A DNA stretch of 62,269 nucleotides from an uncultured Thalassotalea sp. (lineage in GTDB: Bacteria > Pseudomonadota > Gammaproteobacteria > Enterobacterales > Alteromonadaceae), in NCBI GenBank assembly GCA_938075435.1, contig CALJHL010000127.1:1-62269 (forward strand), given 5' to 3'. Shown piece after piece: positions 47,914 through 58,310 of this stretch. Numbering within the stretch: position 1 is the first letter of the stretch; the number at the start of each line of letters is the position of its first letter. The position numbers and the translations under genes are program-made. Below the pieces are notes generated by a model that saw only the letters and a list, made by a program, of their open reading frames with translations, did no database searches and was not told the origin of the DNA.

Positions 47914-48861
47914 ATGAATTACTTTCCAATTTTTCTCGATGCGAAATTTATCAATGTGTTGGTTGTCGGCGGTGGCGAGATAGCCACCAGTAAAGTTGAG
48001 TTATTACTAAAAAGCCCTGCGAAAGTAACCTTAGTTTCACCAAAAGTTTCAGACAGTATTCAACGGTTAATCGACAGTAATCAAATTTCTTATATTAACG
48101 GTGAATACCAAAAATCTTACCTTAGTGGTAAGCAGTTGGTTTTTGTGGCGACCGCTAATCGCAGTTTGAACGAACAAATTAATCAAGATGCCACTGAGCA
48201 AGGGGTACTTGCTAATGTGGTCGATAATGCCGATTTATGCCATTTTATCACCCCCGCTATTATCGATCGAACACCGATGATTTTTGCGATGAGTAGCTCT
48301 GGACAATCACCAGTTTTACTGCGTTCTTGGCGGGCGAAATTAGAAACCATGATCCCGCAATCATTAGGTAAACTTGCCTCTTTTGCCGGGCAAAAACGCC
48401 AACAAGTTAAAGACCGGTTTACTACTTTTAGTAATAGACGCCAGTTTTGGGAACGCTTTTTTAACCGCACTGGTATAGAACAAGGTGACAACCTAGAGCA
48501 GTTTTTTACTGAGCAGCTTAATATGGCAACCGACAACACTAAGCTGCAAGCGGAACTATTAGTAGTTTGTACTCCTAAAGACCCCGACTTATTAAGTTTA
48601 GGGGCTCTAAGAAACATGCAAAAGGCCGATAGTATTTTGGTTGGCGTTGGTGTTGATGCCAATATTGTTGATTTATGTCGTCGTGACGCCCCGAAAGCAG
48701 ATAGCAACGCGACAACCAATAACGAGGCAATAGACTTATTAATGCAAGGGGCACGAGTGTGCCTGTTATATAATGGTGACAATCCCAGTGACCATCCACT
48801 ATTAATTGCTGCAAAACAACTAGATTGTCAAGTTTTTCAATTCAACTCAGTGATAGCCTAA
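47914..48861 (+). CDS. cysG: Precorrin-2 dehydrogenase/sirohydrochlorin ferrochelatase (CysG N-terminal module) with degenerate methyltransferase remnant
   Basis: YFPIFL, VVGGGEIA..K, NVVD…F..PAIIDR, S.G.SPVL, RRQFWE; tail LLVVCTPKDPDLLSL…QKAD…CRRDA lacks GAGPG. Confidence 0.8.
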   Translation: MNYFPIFLDAKFINVLVVGGGEIATSKVELLLKSPAKVTLVSPKVSDSIQRLIDSNQISYINGEYQKSYLSGKQLVFVATANRSLNEQINQDATEQGVLANVVDNADLCHFITPAIIDRTPMIFAMSSSGQSPVLLRSWRAKLETMIPQSLGKLASFAGQKRQQVKDRFTTFSNRRQFWERFFNRTGIEQGDNLEQFFTEQLNMATDNTKLQAELLVVCTPKDPDLLSLGALRNMQKADSILVGVGVDANIVDLCRRDAPKADSNATTNNEAIDLLMQGARVCLLYNGDNPSDHPLLIAAKQLDCQVFQFNSVIA

Positions 48862-49011
48862 AACCATACATATCCCCTGTTACACTCTTCCAATGGTGTG
48901 AATTCTTAAGATTGATTGCGATGAGTTAAATAACTTCAATTGTGTTAATTCGCTTTAGTTGTTATCTATTGATTAGCGCAAACCATTATATCTCAGCATA
49001 AATAAGTACTT

Positions 49012-49053
49012 TGCATACGTATGTAGCTTGTTATTGTTATGCATACGTATGTA
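49012..49053. promoter_or_regulatory. Two copies of operator TGCATACGTATGTA upstream of glgP (LacI/MalR-type, inferred)
   Basis: Identical 14-mers at 49012-49025 and 49040-49053. Confidence 0.78.
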
Positions 49054-49120
49054 AAAATTTGCTAAGAAACTGCGAATTGGCGTAACTTTAAAGACATAAA
49101 CTTATCATGCCTTTTTTATA

Positions 49121-49178
49121 CAGTCGTGACTGATAGCAAACCGGGTTTTCAGCCGTTTGGTATTGGTTTAAACGACTG
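49121..49178 (+). other. Long imperfect hairpin in the glgP leader
   Basis: CAGTCGT/ACGACTG, GACTGATA/TATTGGTT (three G-U pairs), CAAA/TTTG, CGG/CCG. Confidence 0.6.
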
Positions 49179-49234
49179 AATTTTTATCCTAACACTAGGA
49201 TAGCTTTGAAATTACCAGAGAGATCAGATTAATT

Positions 49235-51691
49235 ATGGCAACAACTAAAAAGCCTTTAACTGCAGCGCAGTTTAAAAAGAAAGTGTTACAGCATTTAAAT
49301 TTCACTTCTTCACAGGATAACTTTGTTGAAAACCCTACGGCAGTATTAAGAGCCGTATGCCTTACCGTAAACGAAGTGGTTTACGAGAAGTTAAAAGAAA
49401 CGAATACCTATCATAAAGAACATAAAACCCGTTCGATTAACTACCTTTCATTAGAGTATTTAATGGGGCGTATGCTTTCAAATAACTTACACAACTTAGA
49501 CTTATTTGATGTGGCGAAAAAAGCCGTAGCAAGCCTTGGCTTAGAAATAGAAGATTTATTTGAGGAAGGTCACGATTTAGCACTAGGTAACGGCGGTTTA
49601 GGTCGTTTAGCGGCGTGTTTCCTTGATTCATTAGCAACCATGGACTTTAATGCCGTAGGTTACGGTATTCACTACGAACACGGTTTATTTAAGCAACAAT
49701 TCCATCAAGGTCGCCAAATTGAAACACCAGATGAATGGCGTGAATATGGTAACCCTTGGGAAGTTTGTCGCCCGGAAGCGGTTCAAGAAATTCCCTTGTT
49801 TGGTAATGTTGAAACGATTGCCAATGCCGATGGTAGCGTAAAAAAAGTATGGCATTCAGGCCAAATCATTAAAGGCGTTCCTTGGGATGTGCCAATCGTT
49901 GGTTACAACTCAAAAACTGTAAACGTATTGCGTTTATGGGAATCGCGTGCTTCAAGTCATTTTGACTGGGATCAGTTTAACTCTGGTGCTTATCAAGACG
50001 CTAATGCAGCGCAGAACCAAGCAGAAACCATCAGTAAGGTATTATACCCGAACGATGAAACCGACGCGGGTAAAGAACTACGCTTTATTCAACAGTACTT
50101 TTTCTGTGCGTGTTCAATGAAAGATATTATTAAACGCTATCAAGATCAGTTTGCTGATGATTGGTCACACTTTGCTGAACAAGTGGTGATCCAATTAAAC
50201 GATACTCACCCAACAATCGCTATTTTAGAGTTGATGCGCACCTTGATTGATGAGTATGACTTTAGTTGGACTGATGCGTTTACGCTATGTCGTAAGATTT
50301 TTGCTTACACTAACCATACCTTGCTACCTGAAGCATTAGAGAAATGGTCGGTAGCAATGTTTGAACGTGTCTTACCTCGTCATTTAGAGATCTTATATTC
50401 TATTAACGAATTCTTCTTAGATGAAGAAGTTAGTGCATTATGGCCGAACGATCACCAGATCCGTGGCCGTTTATCGTTAATTGAAGAAGGTCCTCACAAA
50501 ATGGTGCGAATGGCGCATTTGTGTGTAGTTACTGCCTTTAAAGTCAATGGTGTTGCGCAAATACATTCAGACTTGGTGAAGAGTGATTTATTCCCTGAAT
50601 TTAACCAGTTATACCCTAGTAAATTAACTAACGTAACCAATGGTGTTACCCCGCGTCGTTGGTTAAAAGCCTGTAACCCTGAGTTATCCGCTTTACTTGA
50701 TAGCAAAGTGAAAACAGATTGGGCAAAAGACTTATCTAGTCTTGCCGAGATTGCTAAATTTGCCGATGATGCCGACTTTCAAAAGCAATTTATGGACATT
50801 AAACACCACAATAAAGTGAAACTGACCGAAGAAATTCTAGCAACCACGGGTGTTGTGGTTTCTCCTGATGCAATTTTTGATGTGCAAATCAAACGCCTAC
50901 ACGAATATAAACGTCAACATTTAAGCTTCTTACACATTTTAGCCTTATATCGCCGTTTATTAGAAAACCCAGATTACGACATGCACCCACGGGTTTACAT
51001 CTTTGGTGCCAAAGCCGCGCCAGCATATTACTTAGCGAAAGAAATCATTTACGCCATCAATAAAGTTGCTGAGGTTGTGAATAACGACGAACGCATTAAG
51101 GGCAAACTGAAAGTTGTATTTATGCCTAACTACCGGGTAACCTTGGCGGAAAAAATCATTCCGGCAGCGGATGTATCAGAGCAAATATCTACCGCAGGTA
51201 AAGAAGCTTCTGGTACGGGTAACATGAAACTGGCCTTAAACGGTGCGGTAACTATTGGTACTCTGGATGGCGCCAACGTTGAAATTGCAGAAGAAGTTGG
51301 CGATGACAATATCTTTATCTTTGGTAATACCGTTGATGATATTAAAGCGTTAGACGCGAACGGTTATAACCCTTACGACTATTACTCGAATAACCAAGAA
51401 ATCAAGGCGTGTTTAGATTGGTTGCATACTGATTACTTCACTCCAGGAAAACCTGGTGAGTTAGCGGCAATTTCTCGTAGCCTATTAGAAGGTGGTGATC
51501 CGTATCGCCTGCTAGCGGACTATGCTGCTTATGCCGAGGCTAATATTGAATTAGATAAAGCCTATAAAGATAAAAAACGTTGGGCGCGTATGGCGATAAT
51601 CAATACCGCCAAAATGGGTAAGTTTACCTCCGACAGATCGATTCAAGACTACGTTGATAACATTTGGAAGTTAACACCAATTAGCCATTAA
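49235..51691 (+). CDS. glgP: Glycogen/maltodextrin phosphorylase (GT35)
   Basis: [42 protein letters not shown] (PLP Lys). Confidence 0.96.
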   Translation: MATTKKPLTAAQFKKKVLQHLNFTSSQDNFVENPTAVLRAVCLTVNEVVYEKLKETNTYHKEHKTRSINYLSLEYLMGRMLSNNLHNLDLFDVAKKAVASLGLEIEDLFEEGHDLALGNGGLGRLAACFLDSLATMDFNAVGYGIHYEHGLFKQQFHQGRQIETPDEWREYGNPWEVCRPEAVQEIPLFGNVETIANADGSVKKVWHSGQIIKGVPWDVPIVGYNSKTVNVLRLWESRASSHFDWDQFNSGAYQDANAAQNQAETISKVLYPNDETDAGKELRFIQQYFFCACSMKDIIKRYQDQFADDWSHFAEQVVIQLNDTHPTIAILELMRTLIDEYDFSWTDAFTLCRKIFAYTNHTLLPEALEKWSVAMFERVLPRHLEILYSINEFFLDEEVSALWPNDHQIRGRLSLIEEGPHKMVRMAHLCVVTAFKVNGVAQIHSDLVKSDLFPEFNQLYPSKLTNVTNGVTPRRWLKACNPELSALLDSKVKTDWAKDLSSLAEIAKFADDADFQKQFMDIKHHNKVKLTEEILATTGVVVSPDAIFDVQIKRLHEYKRQHLSFLHILALYRRLLENPDYDMHPRVYIFGAKAAPAYYLAKEIIYAINKVAEVVNNDERIKGKLKVVFMPNYRVTLAEKIIPAADVSEQISTAGKEASGTGNMKLALNGAVTIGTLDGANVEIAEEVGDDNIFIFGNTVDDIKALDANGYNPYDYYSNNQEIKACLDWLHTDYFTPGKPGELAAISRSLLEGGDPYRLLADYAAYAEANIELDKAYKDKKRWARMAIINTAKMGKFTSDRSIQDYVDNIWKLTPISH

Positions 51692-51702
51692 TGCTTAAGC
51701 AA

Positions 51703-51730
51703 AAGACAAGTAATTAACCTTACTTGTCTT
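51703..51730 (+). terminator. Intercistronic hairpin between glgP and glgB
   Basis: AAGACAAGTAA-TTAACC-TTACTTGTCTT followed by T-rich tract. Confidence 0.6.
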
Positions 51731-51787
51731 CTTATTTTTACTATGATTGATAACAGACAAATTAACGCGTTTAGGAATAACCACAAT

Positions 51788-53980
51788 ATGCAAAATGATA
51801 TTCAAGCCATCAATAGTGCGAACCACAATAATCCGTATGGATTTTTAGGTTTGCATGCCAACGAGAAAGGCTATTTGCAAATTAATACGTTTTTACCCGA
51901 AGCGAGTGCCGTGTCGTTACTCGATGCAAAAGGCAAGGTTGTTGCTAAGTTAGATAAGGTTGATAACAACGGCTTATTTAGCAAGGTAACACGCCGCAAA
52001 AAGCCGTTTAACTACCAATTAAAAGTTACCGATAGCCAAGGCGAACGTATTATTACCGACCCATTTGGTTGCTCACCTATACTGGGCGATTTAGATATTT
52101 ATTTATTTAATGAAGGTAAGCATAAAAAGCCGTATCAAAAACTGGGCGCTCATTGTGTTGAGCATGATGGCGTTAAAGGCGTGTCATTTATTGTCTGGGC
52201 ACCAAATGCTAGCCATGTTGCTTTAGTTGGCGACTTTAATAACTGGGATGGCCGTTTATACCCAATGCGCAAGCGGCTAGAATGTGGCATGTGGGAAATA
52301 TTTATTCCTGCTGATGCAACATACTCAACCATAGGTGCGGGTTGTCATTACAAGTTTGAAGTAAAAGATGGTCATGGCAACTTATTGCCTCTTAAAGCTG
52401 ACCCTTATGGCATACAAGCGCAAACTCGCCCTGAAACATCATCAGTGATTAGTGCCGAAGTTGAGTTTGCTTGGACGGACAATCAATGGATGAATTCACG
52501 GCAATTACGTAACGAGCGTAGCAGTGCGATCTCTATTTATGAATTGCACTTAGGTTCGTGGCAGCGTGCTCAAAACAACGAGTTTTTAAACTACCGCACT
52601 ATTGCCGAGCGTTTAATTCCTTACACCTTAGACATGGGTTTTACTCATATACAGTTAATGCCAATTAGCGAATTTCCTTATGATGGCTCTTGGGGTTATC
52701 AGCCAGTGGGTTTGTTTGCACCTACCGCTCGTTTTGGTAGTGCGGAAGATTTTAAATATTTTGTGCAAGCCTGTCATAACGCCGGCCTAGGTTTATTGAT
52801 TGACTGGGTTCCCGGTCATTTCCCTATCGATGAGCATGGTCTGGCAAAATTTGACGGTACCTGTTTGTATGAACATGAAGATTTACGTAAAGGCTTCCAT
52901 CCGGATTGGAATACCTTAATTTATAATTATGGCCGTACTGAAGTTGCCAACTTCTTACGCGCCAGTGCTATGCATTGGTTAGATACTTATCATGTTGATG
53001 GTATCCGTGTAGATGCTGTCGCTTCTATGTTGTATTTAGATTACAGCCGAGCCGAGGGCGAATGGCTACCGAATGAGCATGGCGGTAATGAAAACTTAGA
53101 AGCCGTGACGTTCTTAAAGGAATTTAACGAAGAGCTTTATGCTGACTATCCGGGGGCATTCTCCGTTGCTGAAGAGTCAACCTCTTGGCCAGGCGTTTCA
53201 CGCCCAACCAGCGATGGTGGCTTAGGCTTTGGCTATAAGTGGAACATGGGCTGGATGAATGACTCACTTGAGTATATGAAACGCGATCCTATTCATCGTC
53301 AACATCATCATAACGAGTTAAGTTTTGGCTTAGTTTATGCCTTTGATGAGAACTTTGTTCTACCGTTGAGCCATGACGAAGTGGTTCATGGTAAAGGCTC
53401 TATTTTAACGCGCATGCCGGGTGATGATTGGCAACAATTTGCCAATTTGCGTGCTTACTACAGCTTTATGTGGACTCACCCAGGTAAAAAATTGTTGTTT
53501 ATGGGCTGTGAATTTGGCCAACGTGCTGAGTGGAACTTTGATCAAGGTTTAGATTGGCACTTACTAGAGAGTGACAGTCACAAAGGCGTACAACGTTTAA
53601 TTAAAGATTTAAATAATCTTTATAAAAACACCCCGGCGCTGCATCAGCTAGATTGTGAGAAAGCAGGTTTCGACTGGATCGATCACACCAATGCCCAGCA
53701 ATCAATCTATAGCTATGTGCGTTACAGTGCTGATGGCAGTAACCCAGTCCTCGTCGTTTGTAACTTTACCCCGAATGTCGTGCATAATTTCCGTTTAGGT
53801 ACGCCTAAAGCCGGATTTCATAAAGAAGTATTTAACTCTGACGCCAGCATTTATGGCGGCAGTGACGTTGGTAATATTAATGGTGTTCATTCAGCTGCAA
53901 CGCCATGGCAAGATCGTAGTCAATCTATCGAAATTACCGTGCCACCATTGGCCACTGTTGTGTTTGAGATAGAAGGTTAA
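51788..53980 (+). CDS. glgB: 1,4-alpha-glucan branching enzyme (start likely ATG 51788)
   Basis: WAPNA, YELHLGSW, SWGYQ, DGIRVDAV, AEEST, LSHDEVVHGK. Confidence 0.96.
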   Translation: MQNDIQAINSANHNNPYGFLGLHANEKGYLQINTFLPEASAVSLLDAKGKVVAKLDKVDNNGLFSKVTRRKKPFNYQLKVTDSQGERIITDPFGCSPILGDLDIYLFNEGKHKKPYQKLGAHCVEHDGVKGVSFIVWAPNASHVALVGDFNNWDGRLYPMRKRLECGMWEIFIPADATYSTIGAGCHYKFEVKDGHGNLLPLKADPYGIQAQTRPETSSVISAEVEFAWTDNQWMNSRQLRNERSSAISIYELHLGSWQRAQNNEFLNYRTIAERLIPYTLDMGFTHIQLMPISEFPYDGSWGYQPVGLFAPTARFGSAEDFKYFVQACHNAGLGLLIDWVPGHFPIDEHGLAKFDGTCLYEHEDLRKGFHPDWNTLIYNYGRTEVANFLRASAMHWLDTYHVDGIRVDAVASMLYLDYSRAEGEWLPNEHGGNENLEAVTFLKEFNEELYADYPGAFSVAEESTSWPGVSRPTSDGGLGFGYKWNMGWMNDSLEYMKRDPIHRQHHHNELSFGLVYAFDENFVLPLSHDEVVHGKGSILTRMPGDDWQQFANLRAYYSFMWTHPGKKLLFMGCEFGQRAEWNFDQGLDWHLLESDSHKGVQRLIKDLNNLYKNTPALHQLDCEKAGFDWIDHTNAQQSIYSYVRYSADGSNPVLVVCNFTPNVVHNFRLGTPKAGFHKEVFNSDASIYGGSDVGNINGVHSAATPWQDRSQSIEITVPPLATVVFEIEG

Positions 53981-53985
53981 TTGAA

Positions 53986-56127
53986 ATGATGAGCACAAGC
54001 TTACCAGGCAAAAATTACCCTTTAGGTGCTACGTTTGATGGCAATGGTACCAACTTTGCTCTTTTTAGTGCCAATGCAACTAAGGTGGAACTGTGCTTTT
54101 TTGATAAGGTAACCGAAACCGAATTAACACGAATCGAGTTGACCGAATATACCGATGAAGTTTGGCATATTTATTTGCCAGAAGTAAATGCTGGTACCTT
54201 ATATGGTTACCGTGTTTACGGCCCTTATGAACCTCATAATGGCCATCGCTTTAACCCCGCTAAATTATTACTCGACCCTTACGCTAAGCAATTAAATAAA
54301 AGCTTTTCTTGGTCGCAGCAACATTATGGTTTTGATATTAATTCTCGTCAGCTAGATCTGATGATAGACCATACCGACAACTCAAGTTGTATGCCTAAAT
54401 GTATGGTTGTCGATCAACTTGGTGGTTTAAATAATGCGGTAACGGTTGTTGACAATGAAACCATTATTTATGAAGCACACGTTAAAGGTTTTACCAAATT
54501 GAATCCTAATGTGCCGGTTGAAATGCGCGGCACGTTTAAAGGATTAGGGCAGCCGTCGGTAATCCAATATTTTAAAGATTTAGGGGTGACTAGCGTTGAG
54601 TTATTGCCTGTGCATGCTTTTTTTGATGAGTCCTTTACCTTAGAAAAAGGTCTGAAAAACTACTGGGGTTATAACTCGATAGCTTTTTTTGCTCCTGAGC
54701 CAAGGTATTGCCAGAAAAACGATTTAAACGAATTTCAACAAATGGTGGACGCATTTCACCAAGCGGGCCTACAAGTGATTTTAGATGTGGTTTATAACCA
54801 TACTGCCGAAGGCAATCACATGGGACCAACCTACAGCTTTAAAGGCATAGATAACGCCAGTTATTATCGTCTAGAAGACGAAGATAAGCGTTTTTACATT
54901 AATCATTCAGGTTGTGGTAATACCCTTAACCTCGCTCACCCTCGGGTATTACAGCTGGTGATGGACAGCTTACGTTATTGGGTTGAAGTCATGGGTATTG
55001 ATGGCTTTAGATTTGATTTGGCACCTATTTTAGGGCGGCAAGACATACGCGGTAATGATAACTTTTATGGTCACTCAAGTTTTTTCGCGGCGCTGCGTCA
55101 AGACCCAGTATTAGCGCATGTCAAACTGATTGCCGAACCATGGGATATTGGTCATGGCGGCTATCAGTTAGGTCAATTTCCGGGTAATTGGTATGAATGG
55201 AATGACCGATTCCGCGATGCCGTGCGCCGTTTCTGGCGTGGTGATGACAATATGATCCCTGAGCTAGCAAAACGTTTACATGGCAGTGGTGACATATTTG
55301 AACATCATGGGCGCAGGCCATACGCCAGTGTGAATGTGGTAACCACCCACGATGGTTATACCTTGCATGATCTAGTGACTTACGAGCAACGGCATAATTT
55401 AGCCAATAGTGAGCAAAATCGTGATGGTCATGGCCATAACTATAGCCGCAACTATGGCATTGAAGGCGAGACCAACGATACTCAGATTAATAAAATTCGT
55501 GATCAGCAAAAACGTAATATTTTAGCGACGTTATTTCTATCGCAAGGCACCCCTATGTTACTCGCTGGTGATGAACGCAATAACTCTCAGCAAGGTAATA
55601 ATAACGCTTATTGTCAAGACAATGAAATCACTTGGTTGAACTGGCATAAAGAAGACGAAGAGCAGGTGCACTTTGTCCAGCAACTGATCAAATTACGCAA
55701 ACAACACCCACTTCTTAATCGCTTAAATTATCAACATGGCGAAAAGGTGTCAGCGAAAACTGGCCTGCAAGATTTAAGTTGGTTTAACTGTCGTGGCAAA
55801 ACCATGGCCGAAGATAATTGGCATAACCGCTCGCTAAAATGTTTTGCCATGATGTTAGCCGATACCAGCTCCACAGCAAGTGCAGCTAACAAGCCACAAC
55901 TTGAGCCAAAAGATGACGCTATGCTGATCATCTTTAATGCTCACGATCAGCAAATTAATTTTCAACTACCTACACTTCCAGGCTGTTGGACCTTCATCAT
56001 TAATACCGCCGACCGCGATCCCGAAATTAGTGCAACCAAAATAGCTAGCTCGCAGTTATCTATCAATGCATTTAGCTGTTCGGTTTTAACCTATAGTCAA
56101 AAAGATATTCAGGAATTAGAACAATGA
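53986..56127 (+). CDS. glgX: Glycogen debranching enzyme / isoamylase
   Basis: YPLGA, NYWGYN, DVVYNHTAEG, GFRFDLA, IAEPWD, HDG. Confidence 0.95.
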   Translation: MMSTSLPGKNYPLGATFDGNGTNFALFSANATKVELCFFDKVTETELTRIELTEYTDEVWHIYLPEVNAGTLYGYRVYGPYEPHNGHRFNPAKLLLDPYAKQLNKSFSWSQQHYGFDINSRQLDLMIDHTDNSSCMPKCMVVDQLGGLNNAVTVVDNETIIYEAHVKGFTKLNPNVPVEMRGTFKGLGQPSVIQYFKDLGVTSVELLPVHAFFDESFTLEKGLKNYWGYNSIAFFAPEPRYCQKNDLNEFQQMVDAFHQAGLQVILDVVYNHTAEGNHMGPTYSFKGIDNASYYRLEDEDKRFYINHSGCGNTLNLAHPRVLQLVMDSLRYWVEVMGIDGFRFDLAPILGRQDIRGNDNFYGHSSFFAALRQDPVLAHVKLIAEPWDIGHGGYQLGQFPGNWYEWNDRFRDAVRRFWRGDDNMIPELAKRLHGSGDIFEHHGRRPYASVNVVTTHDGYTLHDLVTYEQRHNLANSEQNRDGHGHNYSRNYGIEGETNDTQINKIRDQQKRNILATLFLSQGTPMLLAGDERNNSQQGNNNAYCQDNEITWLNWHKEDEEQVHFVQQLIKLRKQHPLLNRLNYQHGEKVSAKTGLQDLSWFNCRGKTMAEDNWHNRSLKCFAMMLADTSSTASAANKPQLEPKDDAMLIIFNAHDQQINFQLPTLPGCWTFIINTADRDPEISATKIASSQLSINAFSCSVLTYSQKDIQELEQ

Positions 56128-58310
56128 CCCCTATGCAACAACTGGCCGAACAGGTAGGTTTTCACTCGAGCTACATCGATTGTTATGGCAACAATGTAAA
56201 CGCCAATCAACAGGCGTTGAAAGCACTTTTAACGGCAATGGAATATAACGTCGATTGCGATGAAGCCATAATGGCAAGTGTTAACGAACTGCAAAACTCG
56301 ACTTGGGTGACGCTATTACCTGCGACGCAAATGCTTAAATCGGAGCAACCAATTTATACTGCTTGGTTAAGTGTCGCGAGTGAAAATTTCGACAAAAAAC
56401 TAGGCTGGCATCTTCAACTAGAGTCAGGTGAAACATTAGCCGGTGAAATTAATGTTAGCGAACTTACTGTATTTGCAGAGCAAGAGATCTCAGGTGTGGT
56501 TTATAAAAAACTACACTTAGTGTTGCCTAAAGTAGCTGAAGGTTATCATTCTTTAACGGTGTTGGTAGGCGAGCAAACGGCAAGGTGTCATTTAATTGTT
56601 GCCCCGAAAACATGTTATGGCCCTAATGATGCGGCCGATTACCGGATGTGGGGATTAGCCGCACAGTTATATTCAGTCAAATCTGATAATAGTTGGGGGA
56701 TGGGCGATTTTGGTGATTTAAAAAATCTCGTGGCAGAATCCGCTAAGCGTGGTGTTACCGCAATTGGTTTAAATCCATTACATCCGCTATACATCAATAA
56801 CCCTGGCCATATTAGTCCGTATTCACCGACCAGCCGTTGTTTCTTAAACACGCTATATATCGATGTTACTAATGTGGCTAACTTTGACAGCTGCGCTACA
56901 GTGAAAAAGTTAGTGGCGAGCAAAACCTTTAAAGAACAACTCGCGCAAGCCAATAACCAAGAATTTATTGATTACCCGCATGCTGCCAGCCTTAAACTGC
57001 AAGCACTTGAATTGCTTTACACTGATTTTATTAGCAAGCATTTAAAAAACAACACCAATTTTGCTCAACAGTACCACGCTTTTGTTGCAGAAATGGGGGA
57101 TGACTTATTTGAATTGGCAACGTTTGAAGCACTGTATGAACATTTTAGAAAAATTGATGAGCATGCTTATGGTTGGAAAATGTGGCCGGTTGAATTTCAA
57201 GATCCACATAGCGTCGTCGTTGAAAAATTCAAAGTAGATAACGCTGAACGTATTGGTTATTTTCAATTTTTGCAGTTTGTTGCGGACAGTCAATTAGGTG
57301 CTGCAGCACAACAAGCATCGTCTGATCAAATGCCCATTGGCTTATACTTAGATTTAGCGGTCGGTTGTGACGGTAGTGGCGCCGATGTCTGGGCTGATAA
57401 ACACAGTTATGTATTTGGTGCGGCAGTTGGCGCGCCACCCGATGCGATGAACACCCTAGGTCAAGATTGGGGCTTAACGCCGATTAATCCGGTAGCACTA
57501 CAAGAAAAAGGTTATATGCCTTTAGTAAAAGCCCTGCGCAGCAATATGCGCCATGCCGGTGCCCTGCGTATTGACCATGTGCTGGGACTGATGCGTCAAT
57601 ATTGGGTGGCTCCGGGTATGGCGGCGGATCAAGGTATATACATTACTTTTCCGTTAGAAGAAATATTTCGCATTATTGCCTTAGAATCGCGACGTAATCA
57701 GTGTGTAGTTATTGGTGAAGACTTGGGTAACGTACCCGATGGCTTTGGCGAAATTATGGCTGAAGCAGGTTTGTTGTCCTACAAGGTTCTGTTCTTTGAA
57801 CGTTGGCAAAATGGCTTATATCAACGTCCAGAGTTGTATCCTGAACAGTCAATGGTAACCGTTTCAACCCATGACTTATCAACCATTGCCGGTTGGTGGA
57901 CAGGCAACGATTTAAAATGGCGTCAAGACCTTAACTTATACCCTAATGAGCAAATGGGTATCGATGAGCGTAATGCACGGGTAACCGATCGACAGCAACT
58001 ACTTGCCGCCCTAGAGTTTGAAGGTGTACTCGGCAACGATGAACTGCCAGCTGCCAATCCCGCTACAATGAACCCGCAATTATCGCGTGCAGTACAAGCA
58101 TTTTTAGCGAAAGCACCGAGTCGAATTTTATTGGTGCCATTAGAAGATGCGTTAGGTTTGGATGAGCAGGTAAATATCCCTGGGACTATCGATCAGCACC
58201 CTAATTGGCGTCGTCGATTACCCTATACCATCAATGAATTTTGGCAACACAATGATATGCAAAATTTAGTTGCAGTAATGAACGCAGAACGTCCAAAAGG
58301 TGTGAGTTAA
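56124..58310 (+). CDS. malQ: 4-alpha-glucanotransferase (amylomaltase, GH77)
   Basis: SPYSP, YLDLAVG, GAPPD, LRIDHVLG, GEDLG, STHD, NIPGT. Confidence 0.95.
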   Translation: MTPMQQLAEQVGFHSSYIDCYGNNVNANQQALKALLTAMEYNVDCDEAIMASVNELQNSTWVTLLPATQMLKSEQPIYTAWLSVASENFDKKLGWHLQLESGETLAGEINVSELTVFAEQEISGVVYKKLHLVLPKVAEGYHSLTVLVGEQTARCHLIVAPKTCYGPNDAADYRMWGLAAQLYSVKSDNSWGMGDFGDLKNLVAESAKRGVTAIGLNPLHPLYINNPGHISPYSPTSRCFLNTLYIDVTNVANFDSCATVKKLVASKTFKEQLAQANNQEFIDYPHAASLKLQALELLYTDFISKHLKNNTNFAQQYHAFVAEMGDDLFELATFEALYEHFRKIDEHAYGWKMWPVEFQDPHSVVVEKFKVDNAERIGYFQFLQFVADSQLGAAAQQASSDQMPIGLYLDLAVGCDGSGADVWADKHSYVFGAAVGAPPDAMNTLGQDWGLTPINPVALQEKGYMPLVKALRSNMRHAGALRIDHVLGLMRQYWVAPGMAADQGIYITFPLEEIFRIIALESRRNQCVVIGEDLGNVPDGFGEIMAEAGLLSYKVLFFERWQNGLYQRPELYPEQSMVTVSTHDLSTIAGWWTGNDLKWRQDLNLYPNEQMGIDERNARVTDRQQLLAALEFEGVLGNDELPAANPATMNPQLSRAVQAFLAKAPSRILLVPLEDALGLDEQVNIPGTIDQHPNWRRRLPYTINEFWQHNDMQNLVAVMNAERPKGVS

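Noticed and set aside
48183-48782. 199-aa minus-strand ORF
   Set aside because: Entirely antisense to the cysG-like gene with no recognisable motif; treated as a shadow ORF, like the other short nested or antisense ORFs in the track
49121-49178. ZTP (pfl) riboswitch, suggested by GTCGTGACTG
   Set aside because: Lacks the following GCG and the 3' GCC…TGGGC pseudoknot hairpin; gene context does not fit
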